This document shows, piece by piece, positions 7,918 through 19,485 of a stretch of 47,177 bases of DNA (position 1 is its first letter; the number at the start of each line of letters is the position of its first letter). The stretch is taken from positions 1-47,177 of the forward strand of contig JAYUVR010000164.1 in assembly GCA_043753955.1 (NCBI GenBank), written 5' to 3'. The notes under the pieces were generated by a model, which saw nothing but the letters and a program-made list of their open reading frames with translations, did not search any database and was not told the origin of the DNA. This DNA comes from Archangium sp. GTDB lineage: Bacteria; Myxococcota; Myxococcia; Myxococcales; Myxococcaceae. Both the position numbers and the translations under genes were made by a program.

Positions 7918-8937
7918 ATGATTGACCTCCGCAGCGATACGGTAACCAAGCCCACTCCAGCGATGCGCGAAGTTATCGCCCATGCCCAAGTAGGTGATGA
8001 CGTCTTTGGAAATGACCCCACCGTCAACACCTTGCAAGAAATGTTGGCACTTCAATTCGGCTTTGAAGCGGGTCTCTTCTTCCCCTCAGGCACTCAATGC
8101 AACTTGGCCGCACTGATGACGCACTGCCAGCGAGGCGATGAATATCTCGTCGGCCAACAAGCCCACACCTACGTGCACGAAGGAGGAGGCGCCGCAGTCT
8201 TAGGAAGCATTCAGCCGCAACCAATTGAACATCAACCTGACGGCACCCTTTCACTGTCTTCGATTGAAAAGGCAATCAAACCGCCCGACGACCACTACGC
8301 CCGAACTCGATTGCTCACGCTCGAAAACACCTTTGGCGGCAAAGTACTCCCAATCAAATACATACATGAAGCCACAGCATTGGCTCACCAAAAAGGCCTT
8401 TTCACCCATCTCGATGGCGCACGAATATTCAATGCCGCTGTGGCTCTGAACGTCGAGCCAAGTCTACTGGTGAAAGGCTTTGATTCAGTCTCGGTATGCC
8501 TTTCGAAAGGGTTGGGGGCGCCGGTGGGCTCGGCTTTGCTCGGCAGTCGCACGTTCATTACGCAAGCCCGACGTTGGCGCAAAGTGCTCGGCGGTGGCAT
8601 GCGACAAGTAGGCATTCTCGCCGCAGCTGGAATCTATGCCTTGCAACATCACGTTCCGCGGCTGGCCGATGACCACCGCAATGCAAAATCTCTCGCTGAT
8701 GGCATCCGTCATCTTCCGGGGCTGCGCATCGAAGAACCAGAGACCAACATCGTGTGGGTTGACCTCGAACCATCTCTCGCCGGCAAACTGGTGCCCGCTT
8801 TAGCCAAACGAGGCATTCTCGCCACGGGCTCAAACCGCGTACGTTTTGTCACCCATCTCGACATCAGCGCCGCCGACATTGAAAACACGGTGAAAACCAT
8901 TCAAACAATCGTCTCTTCAGGCGAAATGAAAACATGA
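7918..8937 (+). CDS. ltaE: Low-specificity L-threonine aldolase
   Basis: '[13 protein letters not shown]', '[14 protein letters not shown]', '[12 protein letters not shown]' and '[18 protein letters not shown]' are collinear with E. coli LtaE. Confidence 0.9.
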   Translation: MIDLRSDTVTKPTPAMREVIAHAQVGDDVFGNDPTVNTLQEMLALQFGFEAGLFFPSGTQCNLAALMTHCQRGDEYLVGQQAHTYVHEGGGAAVLGSIQPQPIEHQPDGTLSLSSIEKAIKPPDDHYARTRLLTLENTFGGKVLPIKYIHEATALAHQKGLFTHLDGARIFNAAVALNVEPSLLVKGFDSVSVCLSKGLGAPVGSALLGSRTFITQARRWRKVLGGGMRQVGILAAAGIYALQHHVPRLADDHRNAKSLADGIRHLPGLRIEEPETNIVWVDLEPSLAGKLVPALAKRGILATGSNRVRFVTHLDISAADIENTVKTIQTIVSSGEMKT

Positions 8938-9401
8938 TTCACAATGATGTTTTGCGCAGCATTCGCTTTATGCTGAAAATCAATGACAGTGCGCTCGCCG
9001 CCATCGCCGGGCTCGGAGGCAGTTCTATCACCGCCAAAGACCTCAGCGCTTTCCTCAAGCGAGAAGATGAGCTGGGTTATCAGCAGTGCCCTGAGCCGGT
9101 GATGGCGCAATTCTTAGATGGCCTCATCATTCACCAACGAGGCGTCAATCAATCTGGCGTGGCGAGAGCGCCAGAAAAGACAATCACCAACAACACCGTT
9201 CTCAAAAAACTGCGGGTCGCCTTTCAACTCAAAGAAGAAGACCTCTTGACGTTGATGCAAGACACTGGCTTTCAAATTTCACGCCCTGAATTAAGCGCCC
9301 TCTTCCGCAACCCCACGCATCACAACTACCGGCCTTGTGGCGACCAAATTCTCCGTAACTTCCTCAAGGCGCTCACCGGCCGTATTCGCGAGCCTACTTG
9401 A
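8934..9401 (+). CDS. DUF1456 (YehS-like) protein
   Basis: 'NDVLRSIRFMLKIND' and 'FLKREDELGYQQCPEPVM' resemble YehS. Its ATG overlaps the ltaE stop as ATGA (8934-8937). Confidence 0.65.
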   Translation: MIHNDVLRSIRFMLKINDSALAAIAGLGGSSITAKDLSAFLKREDELGYQQCPEPVMAQFLDGLIIHQRGVNQSGVARAPEKTITNNTVLKKLRVAFQLKEEDLLTLMQDTGFQISRPELSALFRNPTHHNYRPCGDQILRNFLKALTGRIREPT

Positions 9402-9897
9402 GCGCCTCAATGTACTCGCGCTGAAACTGCAGCACCCGATTGAGCGAGCGACCTGAATCACGAATGGTCCACTCTTCAGTCAACGTGTTCGAGGCGAGGC
9501 TCACCGTCAGTGCTTCTACGCGAGGGTTCTTCGCGACAGCTCCAAAACGAAGCCCACCCACGTCGACGCGATTGAGTTTGAATTGCTCTGTCCCACTCGG
9601 GCCGTAGTGTGTTGCCAGCAAGGCCGTGCCTTCGAACGCATACATGGTGACCGAAGTGATGTTGGTTTTTTCTACACCGCTCGCTGTCTCGAGCATCGCA
9701 CTGCCGCCGGCCACCAACCGCCAAGTGACAAATTGCACACTGCCGCCCTTCACATCGGTCTTCCACATTCCATCGAGTTGCTTGAGTCGATTGAACGCTG
9801 CAGTGGTATCCACCGCAACCGTCTTCGGTGGAGCAGCAGCGCTCTTCGGTGGGGGAGCCGTCATTAGTGCCGCAACAAAAAACGCGAACCAGTGCAT
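9394..9897 (-). CDS. Hypothetical secreted protein
   Basis: Signal-like 'MHWFAFFVAALMTAPPP'. No recognisable domain. Confidence 0.5.
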   Translation of the reverse strand: MHWFAFFVAALMTAPPPKSAAAPPKTVAVDTTAAFNRLKQLDGMWKTDVKGGSVQFVTWRLVAGGSAMLETASGVEKTNITSVTMYAFEGTALLATHYGPSGTEQFKLNRVDVGGLRFGAVAKNPRVEALTVSLASNTLTEEWTIRDSGRSLNRVLQFQREYIEALK

Positions 9898-9983
9898 GTT
9901 TTAAGCTCCCCTCGTACAAGCCTCTTACCCTACGACGAACTACTGCGCTTTTGATGGAGCCGACAACCGGCTAAAGGCCTCTC

Positions 9984-10748
9984 ATGAAAATTTTCCTCAT
10001 TGCGCTGACCGCAGGGGCATTGACCATACTCTCTTCTTGCGCTCCCGAGCCCTTCGATGCGGCGCGAGTCAAAGGAAGTCAGCTGCTGCAAAAGAATGAA
10101 TTTCAGGCGGCCGCTGCTGAATACGAAAAGTCTCTCGAGCTCAAGCCCGACCAAGACGTCAAAGTGTGGGAACGCGCTGCCTACGCCAATATGAAGGCCG
10201 GGAAGTTCGACCGCGCCGCGGAATTGCTTGAAAAAACAGTCGCTCGGAGACCCGACGCAGCAGCAAAACTCGAGACTCTTCGCAACATCGCTGGAATGTA
10301 TAAACAGGAGGCAGGCGACCTCGAGAGTGCCGAGAAGTACTTCCAAAAAGCGCTCGCGCTCGACCCTAAAGATGAGCAGTCGTTGGGTTGGTTGGCTGAA
10401 ATTTCTGCTCAGCGAGGCGGTGCGCGGCAACAAAATGCTGACCCCCAACCCGAGCATCTGCAAGTTGCACTCGAGCGCTACGATGCAGTGGTTGCGGTCA
10501 ACCCCAACAAACCCGACACCTACATCAACAAACGAATCGTGCTGATGAAGTACATGGACTACCTGACGAAGCTCAAAGTCTCGCTCTTGGCAGATGCCGA
10601 AAAGCAGAAAAAAGACAAAGAGGCATTTGAAGACTTCCAGCAACAAGCAATCGACACTCAAACTCGCATCGACGAGCTCAAAGCGATGTTCGACGAAGCC
10701 ACCAAGAAACTCGGGGAAGCCAACAAGGCGGCCAAAGCCGCCAAGTAA
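9984..10748 (+). CDS. TPR-repeat lipoprotein
   Basis: Lipobox 'ILSSC'. TPR-like segments ('AAAEYEKSLELKPD', 'AEKYFQKALALDPKD'). Confidence 0.7.
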   Translation: MKIFLIALTAGALTILSSCAPEPFDAARVKGSQLLQKNEFQAAAAEYEKSLELKPDQDVKVWERAAYANMKAGKFDRAAELLEKTVARRPDAAAKLETLRNIAGMYKQEAGDLESAEKYFQKALALDPKDEQSLGWLAEISAQRGGARQQNADPQPEHLQVALERYDAVVAVNPNKPDTYINKRIVLMKYMDYLTKLKVSLLADAEKQKKDKEAFEDFQQQAIDTQTRIDELKAMFDEATKKLGEANKAAKAAK

Positions 10749-10752
10749 TTCG

Positions 10753-13700
10753 TCAACGCTTCAACCATTCTTGAATGGGTTTGTAGGTACGGGGTCTGCT
10801 GGCCTGTGCTTCGAGTGCACCCACTCCCATGCGCGCAGCTTCGATGGTGGTGAAGTACGACAAGCCACGGGTCAGCGATTCTCTGCGAATGCTGTACGAG
10901 TCAGAAATCTCTTTTTTCCCCGCGGTGGTGTTGATGACCAACGCGATTTCTTTACTCACGATGCGGTCGACAATGTGCGGGCTGCCTTCACGCACTTTGT
11001 TGATTCGCTCAGCGGGAATGCCCTTGCGAGCCAAATAGTCGAGCGTGCCCCCGGTAGCACACAAGGTGAAGCCTAAGCTGCGAAGCCGCTTGGCCAAATC
11101 GACCAACCCTGGCTTGTCGTCATCTTTAACTGAGACGAATACCACTCCACCTCGAGGCATCTTCGAGCCCGAGGCCAGCTGCGACTTCGCAAAAGCCGCG
11201 TGCACCGAAGCGTCAAGGCCCATGACTTCGCCCGTCGACTTCATCTCAGGGCCCAAAATGACGTCAGTGTTGGTGAAGCGCGCAAAGGGGAACACGCTTT
11301 CTTTCACCGCGTAGTGCTTCATTTCGGGGTCGCTGGTGAGCCCTTGTTCCGCCAGAGATTTGCCGGCCATGCAGAGCGCTGCGATTTTCGCGAGTGGTAC
11401 TCCGGTGGCTTTGGCGATGAACGGTACCGTACGCGAGGCGCGGGGGTTTACTTCGAGCACGTAGATGGCTTTGCCTTGAACCGCGAACTGCACATTCATC
11501 AGGCCGACCACTTTGAGCTCACGCGACAGCGCGATGGCGATGTCTTTGAGTCGCTCAATGACATCGGGCGCGAGCGAATGCGGAGGCATCACGCAAGCCG
11601 CATCACCACTGTGCACTCCGGCTTCTTCAACGTGCTCTAACACCCCGCCCACGATGCAGGCGCCGGTTTGGTCGCACACCAGGTCTAAGTCAACTTCGGT
11701 TGCCGACTGAAGAAACCGGTCGATGAGCACGGGGTGATCAGGCGAAGCGAGCACCGCTTCACGCATGTACCGCTCGAGGTCAGAACGGTCGTACACCACT
11801 TCCATCGCTCGGCCACCCAGCACGTACGAAGGGCGAACCATCACGGGGTAACCGATGCTCTCTGCCGCGCGGTAGGCCTCTTCGGGCGAACGCGCCATTC
11901 CGTTTTCCGGCTGCCGCAAGCGCAGTGCATCGACCAACTTTGAAAAGCGCTCTCTGTCTTCTGCTTGGTCGATGGCGTCGGGCGTGGTGCCTAAAATAGG
12001 TACTCCAGCTGCTTCGAGGGCTTTGCACAATTTGAGCGGCGTCTGCCCTCCAAATTGCACGATGACACCCAAGGGTTTCTCGCGATGAATAATTTCCAAG
12101 ACGTCTTCGAGGGTGAGGGGCTCAAAATACAACCTGTCTGAAGTGTCGTAGTCCGTCGACACTGTCTCTGGGTTGCAATTCACCATGATGGTTTCGAAGC
12201 CCGCCTCACGGAGCGCAAAGGCCGCGTGCACACAGCAGTAGTCAAACTCGATGCCTTGACCAATGCGAATGGGCCCACTGCCCAAGATGACTATTTTTTT
12301 CCGCGTCGTGGGAGGCGCCTCATCTTCATCTTCGTAGGTTGAATAGAGGTACGGTGTGAAGGCTTCGAACTCGGCGGCGCAGGTGTCGACGCGTTTGTAA
12401 ACCGGGCGAATATTTCGCTTCCAACGCGCTTCACGCACCACACTTTCAGCGATGCCGAGCGCTTGAGCCAATTGTCCGTCAGAAAAGCCGCGGCTCTTGA
12501 GATGCTTGAGCTCAGCGTCGCTCAATTTTTCGAGTGAGCCCTTCGCGGTCACCTGATTGAGCTCTTCAACCAACGCTTTGAACTGACGCAAAAACCAAGG
12601 GTCCATCGCCGTGAGGGCTTGAACCTGTTCGACGCTCATTCCCACTTGGAATGCCTCAAAAACAACCCAAGGCCGTTCTGGTGTAGGAATGCGCAAAAGC
12701 GATTCACGCTCAGCCGCGCTGCGTTCGAGGGCTTGCTCTCGAGTAGGAATGGGGAATTTGCCCTGCTCGAGCGAGCGAAAGGCCTTTAAATACGACTCAC
12801 AGAACGTGCGGCCGATGGCCATCACTTCGCCCACGCTGCGCATCATGGTGCCCAAGGTGCGCGGGCTCTTCGGAAATTTCTCGAAGTTAAACTTGGGAAC
12901 TTTCACCACCACGTAGTCGAGGGTGGGCTCGAAGGACGCCGGCGTATCTCGGGTGATGTCGTTTTTGAGCTCATCTAAGGTGTAGCCAATGGCCAGTTTC
13001 GCAGCCACTTTGGCGATGGGGTAACCGGTCGCCTTCGAAGCCAACGCCGAGCTGCGAGAAACGCGTGGGTTCATCTCGATGACCACCATGCGGCCATCTT
13101 GTGGGTTCACTCCGAACTGCACGTTCGAGCCACCGGTCTCGACACCGATTTCTCGCATGATGGCCAACGAGGCATCACGCATGCGCTGGTACTCTTTATC
13201 GGTGAGCGTCTGCGCCGGAGCGACGGTGATTGAATCGCCCGTGTGCACGCCCATCGGGTCAAGATTCTCGATGGAACACACCACGATGCAGTTGTCTTTC
13301 GAATCGCGAACAACTTCGAGCTCGTACTCTTTCCAACCCAACACCGATTCGTCGATTTGCACCGAATGCACGGGGCTCGCGGCGAGACCTCCGGCACACA
13401 GTTGCTCGAATTGCTCTTCGTTGAAGGCCACCCCGCCTCCTGTGCCCCCTAAAGTAAAACTCGGTCGAATGATGGAAGGGAAGCCGAGCTCTTTCACCAA
13501 TACCCGCGCTTCTTCCATCGACGTCGCGATGCCTGCGCGAGGCAATTCGAGGCCTATTTTTTCCATCGCCTCTTTGAAGAGCTTTCTGTCTTCCGCTTTG
13601 TTGATGGCTTCGAGCGAAGCACCGATGAGGCGCACACCGTATTTCTCGAGAATGCCCTGTTCAGCCAACGCCTTGGCCAAATTGAGCGCCGTCTGACCAC

Positions 13701-13971
13701 CCATGGTGGGCAGCAACGAGTCGGGCTTTTCCGCCTCGATAATGCGAGTCGCCGCTTCGACTGTGATGGGCTCGATGTATGTGCGGTGCGCAAAATCGGG
13801 GTCGGTCATGATGGTGGCGGGGTTCGAATTGAGCAGCACCACCTCGATGCCCTCTTCTTTGAGCGCCTTGATGGCCTGCGTACCCGAATAATCGAACTCG
13901 CAAGCCTGACCGATGACGATGGGACCTGAACCGATGAGCAGGACCTTCTGAATATCTGGGCGACGAGGCAT
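10753..13971 (-). CDS. carB: Carbamoyl-phosphate synthase large subunit
   Basis: 1072 aa. '[33 protein letters not shown]', with duplicated ATP-grasp halves and an MGS-like C-terminus. Confidence 0.97.
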   Translation of the reverse strand: MPRRPDIQKVLLIGSGPIVIGQACEFDYSGTQAIKALKEEGIEVVLLNSNPATIMTDPDFAHRTYIEPITVEAATRIIEAEKPDSLLPTMGGQTALNLAKALAEQGILEKYGVRLIGASLEAINKAEDRKLFKEAMEKIGLELPRAGIATSMEEARVLVKELGFPSIIRPSFTLGGTGGGVAFNEEQFEQLCAGGLAASPVHSVQIDESVLGWKEYELEVVRDSKDNCIVVCSIENLDPMGVHTGDSITVAPAQTLTDKEYQRMRDASLAIMREIGVETGGSNVQFGVNPQDGRMVVIEMNPRVSRSSALASKATGYPIAKVAAKLAIGYTLDELKNDITRDTPASFEPTLDYVVVKVPKFNFEKFPKSPRTLGTMMRSVGEVMAIGRTFCESYLKAFRSLEQGKFPIPTREQALERSAAERESLLRIPTPERPWVVFEAFQVGMSVEQVQALTAMDPWFLRQFKALVEELNQVTAKGSLEKLSDAELKHLKSRGFSDGQLAQALGIAESVVREARWKRNIRPVYKRVDTCAAEFEAFTPYLYSTYEDEDEAPPTTRKKIVILGSGPIRIGQGIEFDYCCVHAAFALREAGFETIMVNCNPETVSTDYDTSDRLYFEPLTLEDVLEIIHREKPLGVIVQFGGQTPLKLCKALEAAGVPILGTTPDAIDQAEDRERFSKLVDALRLRQPENGMARSPEEAYRAAESIGYPVMVRPSYVLGGRAMEVVYDRSDLERYMREAVLASPDHPVLIDRFLQSATEVDLDLVCDQTGACIVGGVLEHVEEAGVHSGDAACVMPPHSLAPDVIERLKDIAIALSRELKVVGLMNVQFAVQGKAIYVLEVNPRASRTVPFIAKATGVPLAKIAALCMAGKSLAEQGLTSDPEMKHYAVKESVFPFARFTNTDVILGPEMKSTGEVMGLDASVHAAFAKSQLASGSKMPRGGVVFVSVKDDDKPGLVDLAKRLRSLGFTLCATGGTLDYLARKGIPAERINKVREGSPHIVDRIVSKEIALVINTTAGKKEISDSYSIRRESLTRGLSYFTTIEAARMGVGALEAQASRPRTYKPIQEWLKR

Positions 13972-14070
13972 GAAACAGCCTGCTAGCCGACCCGGCGACC
14001 GGGCGGAAGCCGGTTTTCAGCACTCGACACGGCAATCGAGAAAACAGAGGGGAAAACGCTCGCCAGAAAA

Positions 14071-15633
14071 CTACTCGATGTGAATGCTGACCGGCTCGGC
14101 AATGGAGCCATTGAGCGTGAGCCAGGCCACCGGCTGTTTTGGATCAACGGTTACAAAATAGTGAACGTTGGCGGTCAGAAGGTGACCATTGAGCGTGACT
14201 TGCGAAACCTTGCTCGCAGTGAACTTTAAGAAGCGAAACATGGGCGCGCGAACGGGGCCGGCTTTGGGGTTCACATTGAGGGTTGCCGCACTCGAGATGG
14301 CTTCGAGATCCCACGAAGCAAACAATGGGTTCCAAGAGGGAACAAAACCCAGGGGCGCGGTCACTTCAGCACCCACCGAGTGTTCGACGTTGGTGACCTG
14401 CTCGAAGGTCGCTTCTTTGGTGCGCTCGCCCACCACCATAAACACCGCGTAACTGACTTTGGGGTAGCCCGAAAATGTCTTCCCAAAAGCCGTCACACTA
14501 CTGTTTCCAATAGCTCCGTAACTCGACCCCCAAGCAATGCGATGCGAGCTGTTGGTAAATTCGAGCTCATATTGATTGAGCTGAAAAGGCCATAACCAAT
14601 CTTTTGGCAGTGAATTGCCCGGGTCGCTGCAATCAGGGCCTTTGGTGGCGCTCGTTTTATTCCAGCAACTGTCTTCAAGAATACCAGTCCCATAGTCGCC
14701 GCCGGCAATGTGTTGATTAAATGATTCGGTTTGAACCGAGCCCATTTCCGCATCAATTTGGTTCGACCACATTCGAACGTAGGGAACGGTATTGGGTGCG
14801 GTATAGTCCCACGGAGAATTCCACGTCAGTGGGCCTGAGCCAGTGGTGGTAAATCGATATTTATCACCCCAACCGATACCTCCGATTTCTCCTGGAGTTC
14901 CTTCAAAGGCCAACGTCCCATAGGGAGCTCGAGTATCAGCAGTGACTGCATTAACTGCTGCAGTGACATCGAAGGTGATTGCATACACGGGCGCGCTCCG
15001 GCCTGTTGAAAACGACCACCACACGGTGATACCCACTGGCCCGCCCATCGACATTTGCAATTTGAATTCATGAACCGAATGGTGTGTACCCGAAAGAATG
15101 GTGCGGAATGTGCCTGCGACATTCTGGGACAACGCGGCAGAACCTGCGTAGTGGTTGACCACATAGCCCCAACCATTCCAACCACTCGAATTGGTGCCCT
15201 TCGAGGTGATTGATTTGGTGGCGCTGCTCCACGTCAATTCTCGCAGATAGCCACCTTTTGAGCCGCCCGGGTCAGTCGAACTGTTTCGCACCAATGCTGC
15301 CGTGCGTTTTCTACAGTCACTGTCAAACCAACCATATCTATCAACGCGGTAATTGCTCAAATTAATATCGGCTTCAAGCGTCATGGGTTGACACCCAGTC
15401 GCTCCGAGAATGAGAGGAAGCATCCCTCCGTCCATGTCGACTGTGCCAGCGTCAGTGTCTGGTTCAGAGCCTGCGTCGAAAGGCTCTGCACCCCCATCCA
15501 TGCCGGCATCAGAGACAATCATTCCGCCGTCTTGAGAGGTATTTATGCCGCCATCGCCGGTTCCTGCTGACTCCCCACAAGCGATGAGAAACACACACCC
15601 AAGCCAGCCGAAACGCGAATTCAGCATAGACAT
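14071..15633 (-). CDS. Hypothetical lipoprotein (520 aa)
   Basis: 'CVFLIACGES' lipobox followed by a D/G-rich linker. No recognisable catalytic motif. Confidence 0.6.
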   Translation of the reverse strand: MSMLNSRFGWLGCVFLIACGESAGTGDGGINTSQDGGMIVSDAGMDGGAEPFDAGSEPDTDAGTVDMDGGMLPLILGATGCQPMTLEADINLSNYRVDRYGWFDSDCRKRTAALVRNSSTDPGGSKGGYLRELTWSSATKSITSKGTNSSGWNGWGYVVNHYAGSAALSQNVAGTFRTILSGTHHSVHEFKLQMSMGGPVGITVWWSFSTGRSAPVYAITFDVTAAVNAVTADTRAPYGTLAFEGTPGEIGGIGWGDKYRFTTTGSGPLTWNSPWDYTAPNTVPYVRMWSNQIDAEMGSVQTESFNQHIAGGDYGTGILEDSCWNKTSATKGPDCSDPGNSLPKDWLWPFQLNQYELEFTNSSHRIAWGSSYGAIGNSSVTAFGKTFSGYPKVSYAVFMVVGERTKEATFEQVTNVEHSVGAEVTAPLGFVPSWNPLFASWDLEAISSAATLNVNPKAGPVRAPMFRFLKFTASKVSQVTLNGHLLTANVHYFVTVDPKQPVAWLTLNGSIAEPVSIHIE

Positions 15634-15735
15634 TCTCTAACGACACCCATGGGGGCTTCCCAGGTGATGAATTGAGGTTCACACTTCTGCAGGTGACGAG
15701 CCGCTCTTGACTCTTCTCTGCCCCGGAGAATCGTT

Positions 15736-16188
15736 ATGGAACAGTGGAAAACACTCAAAGACTTCGTGGAAAAAAACAGAGATATGGTGTTCGAAACTGT
15801 GCGCATCTACCTCGGCCTGGGCCTCTTCGCCAAAGGCGTCTATTTTGTAAGCCATATCGGCAGCGTCTTGTCGTTGCTCGACAATGGGCTTTTGGGAGTG
15901 CAAAACATCATTCTCGCCCACGGAATCGCGTTTGCGCATTTGGGTGGTGGGCTGCTGGTTGCCGCTGGCCTTTTGACTCGTGTGGCTGCAGCCGTTCAGG
16001 TGCCCATCTTGGTGGGGGCAGTGCTCACGCTGCATATTCGCGAAGGTCTCTTTGGGTCTTCGCAAAATTTAGAATTTTCACTCTTGGTTCTGTTTTTGCT
16101 CGTTCTCACCACCATTCACGGAGGTGGGAGACTGTCGGCCGACCACTACCTCGCCAAAGACATTTCCCCACAGCCTCGCACTGTTTAG
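15736..16188 (+). CDS. DoxX-family membrane protein
   Basis: Four hydrophobic helices and a terminal 'GGGRLSADHYL'. GGAG lies 7 nt upstream of the ATG. Confidence 0.6.
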   Translation: MEQWKTLKDFVEKNRDMVFETVRIYLGLGLFAKGVYFVSHIGSVLSLLDNGLLGVQNIILAHGIAFAHLGGGLLVAAGLLTRVAAAVQVPILVGAVLTLHIREGLFGSSQNLEFSLLVLFLLVLTTIHGGGRLSADHYLAKDISPQPRTV

Positions 16189-17351
16189 GCCTCAAAACGC
16201 AGGCTCACGCCTCGTTCTGGCTCGATGACATCACCTGGCCGCAAAAAAGCCTCGGTACAGGCGATGGCGTTGAGTTGTACCTGTCTGTCTGCAGACACTT
16301 CGAGGCGCCAGCGATCGACAGCAAAAAAGACAGACCACTGAGGGCTCCTCGAGCCCAATTCCAAATCGAAGACCAGCTCTGCAAGGCGAAAGACTCTTTT
16401 GAGATGTTTGCTCGGAGGGCCCGCACGAAACAACGTGTTTCGCTCAAGAGCAATGACGCGTTCTTTACCTTTTCTTTGCAAGGTGAACGTCGCTTCACCC
16501 CAATCGACAAAGAGTGTTTGGGCTGTCGTCGTGAAACGAGGGTGAAGCGCACGACGAGCCTCGAGGGCCGAGGTGAGCATTTCGACATCAGCAGGCCCGG
16601 TACCAGGGCCAATCGCCACCCGTTCGAGCAAAGGCCAAGCAGAGGGTCCGAGAATTTCAAGTACCCGTTTGCCCGCTTCAACTTGAAGGCTGCCGCGCTC
16701 AAAAGAGCCCACATCAACCGTCACCGTTCGAACGAAACGAAACTGCGGCTGTCGCAACATGGTTCTCAACCGCGCTTCCCACGGCACCGTGCTGTGCCAG
16801 GCACTCAAACTTCTTAAAACAAGCTGTGCGGGCAAACCATGAGCCCAGCGAACTTCTAAATCACCGCGTGCGGCGTCGCGCGCTAACGGACCCAGCCAAC
16901 GCATGTTCTCTTGCGGAATCGGGTTTGACAACCGTTCACCGAGCGCTGCGCCCCGCTCAAGCAGCCAATCTGCGTAGACCGACCATCTCTTGTCATCATC
17001 TGGCTGTTCAATCAGCGCTTGTTCCATCTCGGGGTGGCGAATGTCTTCGACAGGCCGAAGCAGCAACCGGAAAGTGCTGCCTGTCACCACCTCAAAACAA
17101 TCACCGTGGAAAAGCTCGACATCATGCACCGGCACACCGAGGTGAAAGACGCCGACTGAATTGCCCAGATTGCGCAACCACCAACGCCGGTGCTCGAAAA
17201 ACACTTCACACGTGCCCTGCCCCAAGCGCAGCCCTTTCTCACTCAGCGCTACTCGTTCCCCCAGCGCAGGCCCCTGCGGACCCGAACTCATCACTTCAAG
17301 AAGGGGGAAGGCGGCCATGCCCAAACAGCGTATAGGGTACCGCGCGCTCAT
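16185..17351 (-). CDS. TIGR02996-like repeat-companion domain protein with a weak FHA-like N-terminus
   Basis: 'PDDDKRWSVYADWLLERGAALGE' matches the TIGR02996 signature (RLVYADWLEE-type). The start is ambiguous (ATG at 17351, 17318 or 17291). Confidence 0.55.
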   Translation of the reverse strand: MSARYPIRCLGMAAFPLLEVMSSGPQGPALGERVALSEKGLRLGQGTCEVFFEHRRWWLRNLGNSVGVFHLGVPVHDVELFHGDCFEVVTGSTFRLLLRPVEDIRHPEMEQALIEQPDDDKRWSVYADWLLERGAALGERLSNPIPQENMRWLGPLARDAARGDLEVRWAHGLPAQLVLRSLSAWHSTVPWEARLRTMLRQPQFRFVRTVTVDVGSFERGSLQVEAGKRVLEILGPSAWPLLERVAIGPGTGPADVEMLTSALEARRALHPRFTTTAQTLFVDWGEATFTLQRKGKERVIALERNTLFRAGPPSKHLKRVFRLAELVFDLELGSRSPQWSVFFAVDRWRLEVSADRQVQLNAIACTEAFLRPGDVIEPERGVSLRFEA

Positions 17352-19485
17352 GCGATTTCTGTCCCTTTGCTTGTTGTTGACTGCTTCATTGGCTGCGCGC
17401 GCCGAAAACGTGCTCGCGCATCGGGTACCGGTCTCTCAGCCTCCTTTAGAGTCGCTGATGCGACTCACGGATGCGGAAGTCGTCTCTGACGGCGAACGGT
17501 GGGACGGCCCTGCAACCGCCATTGTGCCACCGGGTACTGTTTTGACGTGGGACTTAGGCTCTTCACAACCCGTGAGCGGAGCCGCGATTCAAGCTGACAA
17601 CAATGACGACTACCTGGTGTCATTTTCAGATGATGGTGCGGTTTGGCGCACAGCGTGGAAGGCGGGGGCTATCGATGGCGCAGGTTTAAAAACCCGTTTC
17701 AGCACCACCACTCTGGGCACGACCCGCTTCATCAAACTCGAAATGGCCGGAGGTGACGGCCGTTACAGCATCAGCGAATTCGAACTCTTCAGCGGCCACC
17801 AGCGCGACTCAATGCTCATGCGAGCTCGATGGCTGCCTCAACGCCCGCTCGATTCTTCGTTTCTGAATTGGTTCGCAGCCATGGCCGCGTTGCTCGCATT
17901 CTCGAGTCGGCGTCTTTCGACTCCCGCCTTGGTTGGCTTGGCAGCGGTGGGCATCTCCATCACGGCCCATTTGGTTTTCCAACTCGTACCGCAGACGCCG
18001 GGAGCCACCGCTTCGCTCCCGTGGGCCCGCGCAGCCGTCGCACTCGTTGCCGCGGCGGCGGTCTTGCGAGAATGGCTTTGGCCTCAACGCTGGCCAGCAC
18101 CCCCAGGCTTTACCTTAGGTACGTTGGGCCTCACCGCCACGATGGGCATGTGGTGTTTTCTCAATATGGGTATGCCGCAGTTCTACGACGCTGGCCAAAA
18201 GCAAGGCAGCTGGCTTCACCACTACGACATGCGAACGTATTACCCCATCGCCAAATACTTCCCCGAGTTGCGTTTTGATGGTGTCTACGCCGCCAGCGTG
18301 GCTGCGGTTGCGGATGGACAAAATCTAGACAATTTTACTCGACAGCCACTGCGAGACTTGCGCACCCATGCGATGACGTCAGTGGGGGAATCAAAGGCAC
18401 ACATTCTCGAAGTGCGAGCTCGATTTTCACCTGAACGTTGGGTCACCTTTCTCGAAGACACGACCTATTTTCGCAATGCCATGGGTGACAAGGGCTTTCT
18501 GGGTTCAATGAATGACCATGGGGGCAACGCCACGCCCGTTTGGTTTTTGAGTGCTCGAGCACTGTTCGCCTCTGCTCCAGCCAGCGACGCCACGCTGTGG
18601 AACGGAGTCATCGCAGACATCTTTCTTTTGGTATTGGCTTTTAGCGCATTGGGTTGGGCCTTCGGGCCACGCGCCGCACTGCTCGCAATGACCATTTTTG
18701 GCGCGATGGATTTTTACCAATTTGGGAGCAATTGGTTTGGCGCCACCCTACGGCATGATTGGCTTTCGCTGTGGGCCATCGGTCTTTCGTTATTGAAGAA
18801 AGAAAAATTTGTCTGGGCTGGAACCGCCTTCGCTTGGAGCGCGTGGATTCGGGCCTTCCCCGCCCTCACATTGGTCACCCTGACCTTTCCCGGAATCTGG
18901 GCCGCTCAACAGCTCTTGCGCGAGCGACGCCGCAAAGAGGCATGGGTGGCACTCAAACCCTTGGCTCGCATTGCGTTCGGAGTGGCGGCGGCCAGCGCAG
19001 TATTAGTCGCCGTTTCAACTTCTGTTTTTGGAGCCGAAGCCTGGGTGGAATGGCTACGTAAAGTGCAAATACTCGACCGAGACAACCATCTCAATAACAT
19101 CTCTTTTCGAACGTACATCAGCACCGACAAAACGGTGTGGGTGCTGGCGTGCTTAGGTTCAATCGTCGCACTTTTTGTCGCCCTCCGAAAAGCCTCTTGG
19201 ACCAACGCAGCAGCATGGGGCATCGCTCTCATTCCGCTCGTGTTCAACCCGGCGAATTACTACTTACACTCAGCATTCCTCTTGGTGACACTCGCTTCTG
19301 GCCATTCGAAACGCACTTTGTTCGTCTGGCTTGCATTGCTGGCCATGTGTGTGGGCTCGTTGTTCACCACCCTGTCCACCGATACCGCCAGACACTTTCA
19401 GCTTGAAACCCTTTTGTTCTTCGTGACGCTTGGGGTGCTGTGGGTCACTGAGCTCACTTCGCCTCAAGAGGCAGCGCCTTCCTGA
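17317..19485 (+). CDS. Polytopic membrane protein with an N-terminal discoidin (F5/8 type C)-like domain
   Basis: Signal 'MRFLSLCLLLTASLAARA'. 'RFIKLEMAGGDGRYSISEFELF' is discoidin-like, followed by many hydrophobic helices. Start is 17317 (GGGGGAAG upstream) or 17350. Confidence 0.6.
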   Translation: MPKQRIGYRALMRFLSLCLLLTASLAARAENVLAHRVPVSQPPLESLMRLTDAEVVSDGERWDGPATAIVPPGTVLTWDLGSSQPVSGAAIQADNNDDYLVSFSDDGAVWRTAWKAGAIDGAGLKTRFSTTTLGTTRFIKLEMAGGDGRYSISEFELFSGHQRDSMLMRARWLPQRPLDSSFLNWFAAMAALLAFSSRRLSTPALVGLAAVGISITAHLVFQLVPQTPGATASLPWARAAVALVAAAAVLREWLWPQRWPAPPGFTLGTLGLTATMGMWCFLNMGMPQFYDAGQKQGSWLHHYDMRTYYPIAKYFPELRFDGVYAASVAAVADGQNLDNFTRQPLRDLRTHAMTSVGESKAHILEVRARFSPERWVTFLEDTTYFRNAMGDKGFLGSMNDHGGNATPVWFLSARALFASAPASDATLWNGVIADIFLLVLAFSALGWAFGPRAALLAMTIFGAMDFYQFGSNWFGATLRHDWLSLWAIGLSLLKKEKFVWAGTAFAWSAWIRAFPALTLVTLTFPGIWAAQQLLRERRRKEAWVALKPLARIAFGVAAASAVLVAVSTSVFGAEAWVEWLRKVQILDRDNHLNNISFRTYISTDKTVWVLACLGSIVALFVALRKASWTNAAAWGIALIPLVFNPANYYLHSAFLLVTLASGHSKRTLFVWLALLAMCVGSLFTTLSTDTARHFQLETLLFFVTLGVLWVTELTSPQEAAPS

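Noticed and set aside
9930-10661. 243-aa minus-strand ORF
   Set aside because: It is antisense to the TPR lipoprotein gene, which has a lipobox and clear TPR motifs. Its composition is odd (a mirror of the sense frame).
13821-13828. ggttcgaa, a tRNA T-arm-like string
   Set aside because: It lies inside the carB coding sequence with no surrounding cloverleaf. I found no tRNA-like structure in any intergenic region by eye.
15744-16817. 357-aa plus-strand ORF
   Set aside because: It overlaps the DoxX gene in another frame and is antisense to the TIGR02996-motif gene. It is extremely Arg-rich with no motif.
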